Under the pieces are notes generated by a model. It made no database searches. It was not told the DNA's origin and saw only the letters and a program-made list of their open reading frames with translations. This document shows, piece by piece, positions 37,335-47,714 of a stretch of 64,000 nucleotides of DNA. Source of the DNA: Mizuhopecten yessoensis (Eukaryota); NCBI RefSeq assembly GCF_002113885.1, contig NW_018408904.1, forward strand, positions 164,514-228,513, read 5' to 3'. A program made the position numbers and the translations under genes. Numbering within the stretch: the first letter of the stretch is position 1; each line of letters starts with the position of its first letter.

Positions 37335-40300
37335 CACACAGAAGTATAAGTAATAATTATTTTTCAGTCTAGGCATGATTTTCTTTGCATTCGAAATGAT
37401 ACATGAAATACATATGAAAGGTGTTTAACGATAACATTCGCTTTTAGCCAAAGTATGTTTTTCTTTACTTAACGACAGAATGCCAAGGTATACATGGTTA
37501 CAAAACATACCTATTGCATACGTATTTGGAGAGTGATCTCGCATGACAAGCATACCGAACACAGAGAGTAACATAAACATGTATGTATAAAATACATCAT
37601 AAACATAATAGTACAAGAAAAATTAACTTAAGTTAAATTTAACTTAACAGACANNNNNNNNNNNNNNNNNNNNNNNNNNNNNNNAAAATGAACTTAAGTT
37701 AAATTTAACTTAACAGACACATACTGACGGAGATGAGCCAATGTTACCTTGAATGGGATTACATTGGTGCTGAGTCAATCTACCACTTATGTAACACTTA
37801 TTGATTAAGTTTAATAATACATCTATGTTGTACAACATCAGCAATCATACTACTATTATACAGACAGACAGAAGTAAAAGTAATGATTCGTTTTTAGCGA
37901 TGTCATGCTTTTCTTAGAATTCGAAATATACCTGAAATACATATGTGAGGTATATAACGATAATATTCACTTTTATCCAAAGTGCGTTTTTCTTTTCTTA
38001 AAGGCAAAATGAATATATTTTCCAAGATTATTTAGTTCCTTAACATTATTTATACTTAACAGTTGCACAAGTTTGAAAACGCTTGGTGATTTATAATAGT
38101 ACCTTTTAATATACCTTTGTCTAATTTCTATATAAAATGGACATTGCAGTATAAAATGGAACTCGTCTTCAATTTCAAAACTTTGGCAACGTTCACATAT
38201 TCTGCGTCTTTTATCAATGTTGTGATAGCGGCCATTTTCGATTTTTAACTGGTGTGATGACAATCTAATACTGGCTATAGATTTTTTATATATATTATCA
38301 AGAGGTTTCAGTAAATAATATTGCATGCAAAAATGATCAATTAGATGTTTGTATAGGTCACCTCTGGCAGCATTTATAATTCTTGCTCTCATTTCCTGGG
38401 TGTAACAATCTTTAAATCGTTGTTCTACTACTTTGTACATATTTCCATTTATAGCATCACTAGTCCAAAAGTAAGATAAACCAAGTTTATCTAGTTCTTG
38501 TTTAATATTGTTTATCCAATCATCATTCATTATTAATCGCTCTTCTAAACATGTGGCCAATATACAATTTTTGGATTCTTTTAATTTTAACCAGTATTTT
38601 ATAACTTTTAACTTTCTATTTATGTAACGTGACTGTCTACCAAGCTCGTAATATACAAAATCAGTACCTGTACTTTTTTTGACACCAAGCAATCGTTTAC
38701 AAAACCCAGAATGGAGCTTTTCTATCTCTGGTGCTTTGTGAAAGCCCCATATCTCGCTTCCATACTCGAGTATGCTGTTGACATATGTATCAAACACTGA
38801 ACATNNNNNNNNNNNNNNNNNNNNNNNNNNNNNNNNNNNNNNNNNNNNNNNNNNNNNNNNNNNNNNNNNNNNNNNNNNNNNNNNNNNNNNNNNNNNNNNN
38901 NNNNNNNNNNNNNNNNNNNNNNNNNNNNNNNNNNNNNNNNNNNNNNNNNNNNNNNNNNNNNNNNNNNNNNNNNNNNNNNNNNNNNNNNNNNNNNNNNNNN
39001 NNNNNNNNNNNNNNNNNNNNNNNNNNNNNNNNNNNNNNNNNNNNNNNNNNNNNNNNNNNNNNNNNNNNNNNNNNNNNNNNNNNNNNNNNNNNNNNNNNNN
39101 NNNNNNNNNNNNNNNNNNNNNNNNNNNNNNNNNNNNNNNNNNNNNNNNNNNNNNNNNNNNNNNNNNNNNNNNNNNNNNNNNNNNNNNNNNNNNNNNNNNN
39201 NNNNNNNNNNNNNNNNNNNNNNNNNNNNNNNNNNNNNNNNNNNNNNNNNNNNNNNNNNNNNNNNNNNNNNNNNNNNNNNNNNNNNNNNNNNNNNNNNNNN
39301 NNNNNNNNNNNNNNNNNNNNNNNNNNNNNNNNNNNNNNNNNNNNNNNNNNNNNNNNNNNNNNNNNNNNNNNNNNNNNNNNNNNNNNNNNNNNNNNNNNNN
39401 NNNNNNNNNNNNNNNNNNNNNNNNNNNNNNNNNNNNNNNNNNNNNNNNNNNNNNNNNNNNNNNNNNNNNNNNNNNNNNNNNNNNNNNNNNNNNNNNNNNN
39501 NNNNNNNNNNNNNNNNNNNNNNNNNNNNNNNNNNNNNNNNNNNNNNNNNNNNNNNNNNNNNNNNNNNNNNNNNNNNNNNNNNNNNNNNNNNNNNNNNNNN
39601 NNNNNNNNNNNNNNNNNNNNNNNNNNNNNNNNNNNNNNNNNNNNNNNNNNNNNNNNNNNNNNNNNNNNNNNNNNNNNNNNNNNNNNNNNNNNNNNNNNNN
39701 NNNNNNNNNNNNNNNNNTATATTTCCACACTTCATTATTTCTTATGTTTCCCCCGTTTCTAAAAACCATGACTTTTGTTTTATCAATGTTGACTTCCAGA
39801 TCCCATTTTCTAGAGTAACTGTGTAAAGAATCTAACATGTTTTGCAATGCAGCTGGACTATCAGCGAAAAAAACCATATCATCAGCATACATTAGCAGGA
39901 AAAGGTTAAGCATCTGTAAATCAATACTTGGACAATTATCATTAATAAAATTAATTTCAAAATCATTCACATACAAAGAAAACAACACAGGTGACAATAT
40001 TTCCCCTTGTAAGAGACCGGTATAATTAGGGAAACAATGACTTAATTGACCCTCAAATTTTACACAGGATTTGACATTATCATACAAAGATAATAATATT
40101 TTTAAAAATTTTCCACGAATACCTTGGTGTATTAATTTACTCCACAGGTTCCCTCTATTAACAAAATCAAATGCTTTTTTTAAATCTATAAAGCAACAGT
40201 AAAGTCTCTCTTTTTTACGCAATTTCTTGTTAATTAATGTTTGTAAAACAAATATGGCGTCAATGGTTGAACTGCCTTTTCTAAAACCAAACTGAGCATC

Positions 40301-41068
40301 TGTTATTATACAATTTTCTTTTTCCCATGTCATAATTCTATTATTCAGGATTGATGTAAATAATTTACCAAAACAGCTTACAAGTGATATACCACGATAA
40401 TTGTTAGTGTCGTTAATACAGCCTTTCTTAAAAACAGGAACAATACATGCTTGTGACCAAGATTCAGGGAAAAACCCAGATATAAAAATAGCATTAAACA
40501 ACCGTTCCAAATATGGCACCAGAATATGCTTTCCTTGAATAAAAACTCTGTGTGTCATTAAGTCTTCAATACAACTTTTGTTTGATTTCAGGTTTAATAA
40601 CAAATACTATTCATTACGGTCAAACGGTATCGCATATCAGCTCTGTGTGTCAGAACTGGTCAGGTAAAACTCCGGACACTCATAAAATTGTTATTTACCT
40701 GTTCTGTTACCTTGGAGCCAAACCCATTCTTGACAGCCTATATATAGCTAACGGTCGCTGTAATACTGTCAGTGTGTAACACGAATTGTGAAATTGTATA
40801 ATCTTGATTATTGTGATGAGAAATTACAGATATATACACAGTGTACATTATCGCATACAAGCCTTCCGTATTTTTGTCATTCCGTAGTTTTGATCTACAA
40901 ATGATACCAAATCGCACAGTTGTGCGGAGAGAAGCGCACAAAGGGGCGAACGATTGCCAAATCGTACAGTTGTGCGCACCATGTGTGGACGACATGCGGA
41001 CGGTGTGTGAACGATGTATGCACGGTGTGCGCACGCTATTTTTGATGCGTTGTGCGGTCCCACAACTG
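36886..41068. mobile_element. Non-autonomous TIR DNA element with TA target duplication (Tc1/mariner-like), carrying a nested LINE
   Basis: TA|cagttgtgggatcg ... cggtcccacaactg|TA; removing it with one TA restores the minisatellite unit tgttactaatgtattaacta; shared subterminal cggtgtgtgaacg motifs. Confidence 0.85.
36977..40600 (-). mobile_element. 5'-truncated LINE with open RT (N gap 38805-39717), C-terminal CCHC motif, long 3' UTR and (TTGAA)n tail
   Basis: NNYRGISLVS, AQFGFRKG, CCFIDLKKAFD, LLQGEILSP, LLMYADD, RICERC..EDEFHFILQC; stop at 37973; minus-strand AATAAA followed by cttgaattgaattgaattg at 36977-37001. Confidence 0.92.
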
Positions 41069-41290
41069 TACTAATGTATTAACTATGTTACTACTAATTA
41101 GTTGATATTGTGACTGTTATGTTACTAATGTATTAACTATGTTACTGTTGTAACTAATTAGTTGATATTGTAACTATTATGTTACTTATGTAACAACTAT
41201 GTTGCTATTGTTAGTAATTAGTTTCTATTGTAACTGTTATGTGACTTATGTAACAATTATGTTGCTATTGGTATTAATAGTTTACTACTG
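41069..41290. repeat. 40-bp (2 x 20 bp) minisatellite, right part
   Basis: Same units as 36105-36885, degenerating distally. Confidence 0.88.
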
Positions 41291-41664
41291 AAAATAGTTC
41301 GCTACTGTATCATGTTCATGCTAATATTGTATTGTCTCAATATTGTGTTAATTCTTTGCTAGAAACATGGTTGAGGTAACATTACAGATCATGATTTGAG
41401 CTCAACATACGGCGAAAACATAAAAATAAAACAAAATGAAGAGAACAGCACATTAACATAGACAATGGTATTACGAAATGTATAGTTGGTATGTATACCC
41501 GCAGCATTATAAGGGGGGTTCAGGTCACTGAAATCGATGTGGTATCCAGCCGTTCAATGCGGGACATTTACAAAATATAACGTTTTTATTTGAAAAATAA
41601 CAGAAATATGAAAGAGAAGTCTGGAACGAAGGCCACGTTCAGCGACAGACGGTAAACGAGCAAG

Positions 41665-41927
41665 TATGGTGGCTGATTAGTGCCATGTTCTCTTTTTCGC
41701 GGTCGAAAGCGAAAAAGCGCCAAAATAACGCGAAAAAGCGCCGAAGCTTAAAGCGAAAAATCGAAGTTTTAGCCATGTCGCATTCGCTTTTTTTGCGTGC
41801 ATTTTGTCGCTTTTTTCGCTTTTTCGTGTTTAAAAAACCGCGAAAACGCGAAAAATAGGTGTTTTATTTTCGCTTTTTCGCATTTTTGACCGCGACAAAG
41901 GGAAAATGTCACCAATCAGCCACCATA
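41665..41927. mobile_element. About 260-bp foldback MITE bounded by TA
   Basis: tatggtggctgatt ... aatcagccaccata termini; left arm rich in gcgaaaa, right arm in ttttcgc. Confidence 0.8.
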
Positions 41928-42664
41928 GGTATGCCCACTGATTGACGCGGCAGGCGTTTTTGCCATTATCGTCCGATTTCTCAGTGTTTTCGTTGTTTTG
42001 TTATTTCGCTACGAAAAACAAGTTTAGTGGTATACACAGACGATTAACCAATCAGAAAGCTTGAAATGTGCGTCATTATAACGTCAAAATCTCCAACGTC
42101 ATGAAATGAGGACCCATTCACAATGCTTTTAATTCACAAGGTATTTAATGGTTTTCCGTTGAACACCACCTAATATTTCACAAGTTTCGCAGATTACGGA
42201 TTTACTCAACTGTACCGTTTCTGCTATTATTTCTTAAGATTTGCTTACAGAAATGGTATCATTTGTGTAGATAAATAAATACTTTAGTATATGTGACAAA
42301 TGCCAAACAACCACTTATCCCAACGTCGCTTCATCTGTATATGTCCTGAAGCCAATAGGAATAGGCACTAGTGCCATTCTGATAGTCTATTCCAAAAGTG
42401 ATATACATTGTATTTCTACTTTCTGATGAGCATTTATTTTGCATGAAGATGCCTTAAGAAAAGACCTACATAAATTGCTGTATTTGAATAAAAAGCGTTT
42501 GACCCCATGATAGATATTTGGGATCAAATGAAGGGCAGAGTAATAACATATATTTCGTTTCTCTGTTCCAATATCCATTCAAAACATTTTAGTCAAGATC
42601 ATTTATTCAGAAAGTAACATCCATTAAAAATAATTAAATCAAGAATAAGTTGTTTTTAATTTAA

Positions 42665-43385
42665 GGGCATATAATGTTCCTTTGCCCTGACAGAAGTGAG
42701 TTGGTAATAGGGCCTAAACTGTTCCTTTATCCTGACAGAAGTGAGTTGGTAATATGGCCTATTATGTTCCTTTGTCCTGACAGAGGTGAGTTGGTAATAG
42801 GGCTTATAATGTTCCTTTGTCCTGACAGCAGTGAGTTGGTAATAGGGCATATAATGTTCCTTTGCCCTGACAGAAGTGAGTTGGTAATAGGGCATATCAT
42901 GTTCCTTTGTCCTGACAGATGTGAGTTGGTAATAGGGCCTAAACTGTTCCTTTGTCCTGACAGCAGTGAGTTGGTAATAGGGCATATAATGTTACTTTGT
43001 CCTGACAGAAGTGAGTTTGTAATAGGGCCTATCCTGTTCCTTTGTCCTGACAGAAGTGGGTTGGTAATAGGGCCTAAACTGTTCCTTTATCCTGACAGAA
43101 GTGAGTTGGTAATATGGCCTATACTGTTCCTTTGTCCTGACAGCAGTGAGTTGGTAATAGGGCATATCATGTTCCTTTGTCCTGACAGACGTGAGTTGGT
43201 AATAGGGCGTATATATAATGTTCCTTTGTCCTGACAGCAGTGAGTTGGTAATAGGGCATATCATGTTCCTTTGTCCTGACAGAAGTGGGTTGGTAATAGG
43301 GCCTAAACTGTTCCTTTGTCCTGACAGGAGTGAGTTGGTAATAGGGCCTATACTGTTCCGTTGTCCTGACAGAAGTGAGTTGGGA
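42665..43385. repeat. 45-bp minisatellite (TGTTCCTTTGTCCTGACAGAAGTGAGTTGGTAATAGGGCATATAA), first block
   Basis: Tandem periodicity; 15-codon periodic ORFs. Confidence 0.95.
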
Positions 43386-44171
43386 TGTAGTTTGCTGAAT
43401 ATGACTCTGTTGGTCAGGGAGTTTTACGGCTGGCTTTTCACCAGAGACTCTAGACACTAAAGTACATGGACTGTCATTTCTGAAAACTCTTTCCTCGTTT
43501 TTCAAATTAGCTGAGGTTCTAATACAAAAAAGTCAAACAAGAAGAGACAATGTCTGTGCATGTTGGAAGGATCAATATATAATAGGGCCTATAATGTTCC
43601 TTTGTCGTGACAGAAGTGAGTTGGGATGTAGTTTGCTGAATATGACTCTATTGGTCAGGTAGTTTTACGGCTGGCTTTTCACCAGAGACTCTAGACACTA
43701 AAGTACATGGACTGTCATTTCTGAAAACTCTTTCCTCGTTTTTCAAATTAGCTGAGGTTCTAATACAAAAAAGTCAAACAAGAAGAGACAATGTCTGTGC
43801 ATGTTGGAAGGATCAATATATAATAGGGCCTATAATGTTCCATGAAGATGCCTTAAGAAAAGACCTACATAAATTGCTGTATTTGAATAAAAAGCGTTTG
43901 ACCCCATGATAGATATTTGGGATCAAATGAAGGGCAGAGTAATAACATATATTTCGTTTCTCTGTTCCAATATCCATTCAAAACATTTTAGTCAAAATCA
44001 TTTATTCAGAAAGTAACATCCATTAAAAATAATTAAATCAAGAATAAGTTGTTTTTAATTCACATAAAGTTAACCCTCATTTTGGCCATAAAACTTTGTT
44101 AAAATGTCAATGAAAAGAGAATAATAAATGTACGTTGTGCTTTCCCTATGAACTGAATAGTAATCAATATA

Positions 44172-44665
44172 TAATAGGGCCTATAATGTTCCTTCGTCCT
44201 GACAGAAGTGAGTTGGTAATATGGCCTATTATGTTCCTTTGTCCTGACAGAGGTGAGTTGGTAATAGGGCTTATACTGTTCCTTTGTAATGACAGAAGTG
44301 AGTTGGTAATAGAGCCTATACTGTTCCTTTGTCCTGACAGCAGTGAGTTGGTAATAGGGCATTTAATGTTCCTTTGTCCTGACAGCAGTGAGTTGGTAAT
44401 AGGGCATTTAATGTTCCTTTGTCCTGACAGAGGTGAGTTGGTAATAGGGCTTATAATGTTCCTTTGTCCTGACAGCAGTGAGTTGGTAATAGGGCATATA
44501 ATGTTACTTTGTCCTGACAGAAGTGAGTTGCTAATAGGGCTTGTACTGTTCCTTTGTCCTGACAGAAGGGAGTTGGTAATAGGGCATATAATGTTACTTT
44601 GTCCTGACAGAAGTGAGTTGCTAATAGGGCTTGTACTGTTCCTTTGTCCTGACAGAAGTGAGTTG
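44172..44665. repeat. 45-bp minisatellite, second block
   Basis: Same unit as 42665-43385. Confidence 0.95.
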
Positions 44666-44943
44666 GGATGTAGTTTGCTGAATATGACTCTATTGGTCAG
44701 GTAGTTTTACGGCTGTCTTTTCACAAGAGACTCTAGACACTAAAGTACATGTACTGTCATTTCTGAAAACTCTTTCCTCGTTTTTCAAATTAGCTGAGGT
44801 TCTAATACAAAAAGGTCAAACAAGAAGAGACAATGTCTGTGCATGTTGGAAGGGGCGATATAAAGTCTCATTAAATTAATTCTCCTTCCGCGGACATTAT
44901 CTCCGTTTCCTCCAAAAACACACGCAATTTCAGAGCAATTATT

Positions 44944-45294
44944 CGTATGACACCGTTTACCTCACCATCACAGTTACTCAAGCCACTCTACATATATCGT
45001 ATTCCTTGTGTATTTTTGTATTCATATTGGTGATTAAACTACATTGTCTCAATCTATTAAAAGGTGTTTTATCCATATAGCCTTATAAGTTGAACAACGT
45101 CATTTATTTCATTAAACCATATAAAACTTTCCTTGAAAATAGTTATTTATTTGAACATGCTTTCATTCAGGTCTTGTGATAATAAAGACGATGTCGGTTA
45201 AAAGGACTGATTGACGCCTGAAGGACCACCTGTCTAATACATACACTAGTGAGATAAAGTCAACAAGAGGACCTTTCCTAGATATAACTACTGA
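44944..45294 (+). repeat. About 345-bp dispersed repeat, second copy at 60026-60367
   Basis: Both start cgtatgacaccgtttacctcaccatcacagttactcaagcc and end cctagatataactactga, colinear in between. Confidence 0.85.
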
Positions 45295-45789
45295 AATGTT
45301 CTACTCCAGTGTTTAGATTCTCCCTTATGACTTACCTGCAGAAATCAGATTGTATCAAACAATACCTCTAATATACAATTTATCTCGCGTACTGGTAAAC
45401 CAGTTTTGTACGGTATAACCGAAAACGCGCACATTTGCTACAAATCAATGCATATTCAACCTTATCAGACAATCAACGGCGATGCCATTACTTACACAAA
45501 CACTACACCTCACGTAATGTTGATTGACTCCAATGAACATACTTGTCCGAGCTTTTCCCCACTGATTTGTTAACACGTTGTTTGTTATGTACTTATTGCC
45601 GGTCCTTCCTTTGACTGTTAAAAGTAATTCATTTTAAAGGCCAGGATGATTCTGCTCAATTAGGCTTTGCCCTAAATTAATAGATTGCAATAAAGTGATA
45701 GCAAGTCGTATATTCGTTTTAAGTCACCTTTTTTTCAATAGTCATACAGTCACATAGGATCTGTTGGATGAGACAGTCACGAGTGCTGG

Positions 45790-45935
45790 CCCATCAGTAA
45801 GTGTTTGAGGAGAAACAAGGTGACCCATCAGTAAGTGTTTGAGGAGAAACAAGGTGACCCATCAGTAAGTGTATGAGGAGAAACAAGGTGACCCATCAGT
45901 AAGTGTATGAGGAGAAACAAGGTGACCCATCAGTA
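45790..45935. repeat. 34-bp minisatellite (CCCATCAGTAAGTGTWTGAGGAGAAACAAGGTGA), 4 units plus a partial, ending 2 nt before gene 2 ATG
   Basis: Direct reading; homologous to the reverse complement of the 37-bp unit upstream of gene 1. Confidence 0.92.
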
Positions 45936-45937
45936 TC

Positions 45938-47227
45938 ATGTTAATGCTGCGTGCTATCATCGTGTTACTTTTATGTTCAAATGTAACTGGGAAGTCATAT
46001 CAGAATTTAACACGTTTAAAACTTAACCTTTTACAGAACTATACAAAGTCTAATCGTCCGCTTCGAAATCAAAATGATCAGCTGTTGGTACGTGTAAGCG
46101 TATATTTCCATATGTTAAAAGAGTTTAATATCGTGGAGAGTGTTTTAGGAACACACCTTTTCTTCACGCTGCAGTGGACGGATGAGTACATACGTTGGGA
46201 CAGTGAAGAATACGACAACATCACAGTGGTAAACCTCCCCCTCCTCGACGTGTGGGTTCCGCCCATGGTACTGATGAACCCAGCCGGCAGCTTCGGCTTC
46301 CTAAGCAAAGAGAAAGACATGCTTCTTGTTCAGTATTCTTCGAAAGGCTTGGCATCATTGGTCTTCGCTGCCTATCTCGAGAGCACGTGCAAACCATTTA
46401 TCAAATATTTTCCATTCGACTCTCACACTTGTCACCTGATGATAAGCCATCTAGGCTACAGTATGGGCGAAGTGACCTCCGCCCCGTCACATGTTTATGT
46501 GAATAATTTTGTGGATAACGGACAATGGATTGTGGACGAATTGAACCTCACAGAGAAATGGTTAATTCCTGGAGTTAACGAATCTCAGTATGTTGATTTA
46601 TCCATACAGTTGTCACGTCGACCAGAATTTTTACTTCTAAATCTGTTCATCCCCATTGCCTTCCTGATCTGTATGAATTTGTTTGTGTTTTTCCTTCCAG
46701 CTGAGTGTGGGGAGAAGGCAAGCTACTCCATCACTGTACTTCTGTCTCTGGCAATCTTCATGACTATCGTCATGGATCAGTTACCTCCATTGTCCTCAGA
46801 TGTTCCCGTTGTAAGCATTATTCTCTGTATGCATCTCGCCAATAACGTCATAGTATGCACGTGTACTATTCTATCCCTGAACTACCACCATCGAAGTGAC
46901 ACCAGGGACATACCTTGCCATCTCCGACTTTTAACCATGTTGGTGACTTGGCGAACATACAAGAGTAATTGCAACAAAATAGGAGACGTCCCAAAGAGAA
47001 CAGCAAAAGAAAACATGTCCCCAGGGGCTGACGAGAAGAATAGCAACATAACAGAGACGGATGATATCACACACCGCGCTGATGTGTCGGAGGACATTGA
47101 CCGGCGTCATATACTGACCTGGCAGAAAGTGAGTCACGCGATTGACAGGTGGAATTTCTTCATCTGTATCATGATGACAATACTTGAGAGTGGCCTTGTC
47201 TTTTACCATTCATTTCAAGACATGTAA
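45938..47227 (+). CDS. Intronless nAChR-like Cys-loop subunit, non-alpha type, paralog 2, 429 aa
   Basis: Same motifs as paralog 1 (Cys-loop CKPFIKYFPFDSHTC, GEKASYSITVLLSL M2); colinear over the full length. Confidence 0.95.
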   Translation: MLMLRAIIVLLLCSNVTGKSYQNLTRLKLNLLQNYTKSNRPLRNQNDQLLVRVSVYFHMLKEFNIVESVLGTHLFFTLQWTDEYIRWDSEEYDNITVVNLPLLDVWVPPMVLMNPAGSFGFLSKEKDMLLVQYSSKGLASLVFAAYLESTCKPFIKYFPFDSHTCHLMISHLGYSMGEVTSAPSHVYVNNFVDNGQWIVDELNLTEKWLIPGVNESQYVDLSIQLSRRPEFLLLNLFIPIAFLICMNLFVFFLPAECGEKASYSITVLLSLAIFMTIVMDQLPPLSSDVPVVSIILCMHLANNVIVCTCTILSLNYHHRSDTRDIPCHLRLLTMLVTWRTYKSNCNKIGDVPKRTAKENMSPGADEKNSNITETDDITHRADVSEDIDRRHILTWQKVSHAIDRWNFFICIMMTILESGLVFYHSFQDM

Positions 47228-47714
47228 TCCTGTGTTCACTCAGCCACTCTCATCTTGTTCTTCAGGGGGAAACCTTGTTAAAGTGTAACATTAAACATGA
47301 AATATATATGCGGAATTTAGTGAATGACCAATTAGATGCGAAGTGGAGTGATTTCCTGCAAACTGAATGTCAAACTTCATTGTATATTTCGGAGCATCTG
47401 GATGGGCCTATTTAATATGATTATTGGAATAGCCATCTTTTATGTACAACATATGGATCGGTGTTATATCATTTGAGTTAATGGAAATATGATAGCTTTG
47501 ATTTTGTGCAACTGTTGTAGGTTTGCTATATGTAATGTGGAACAACGTGTGTTTTCTTTTCGACAGGCTTGCTATTTGTTATAAGTGAAGTGCGTCTGAT
47601 ACCTGTGATGTATATATCTGATATGCCACGCGTATGCCTTTATTTTTAAATCCACTCATGAGATCCGTTTTCTTCCATGGACCAAATTTTAGTCTATATG
47701 ATCTTTTCTCGAAC

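Noticed and set aside
37973-40603. 876-aa ORF as a host gene or full-length ORF2
   Set aside because: It is a 5'-truncated LINE RT; length is inflated by 913 Ns, which appear longer than the RT segment expected to be missing.
42656-44704. MPYYQLTSVRTKEH / MFLCPDRSELVIG repeat ORFs
   Set aside because: 45-bp unit open on both strands; artefact of periodicity.
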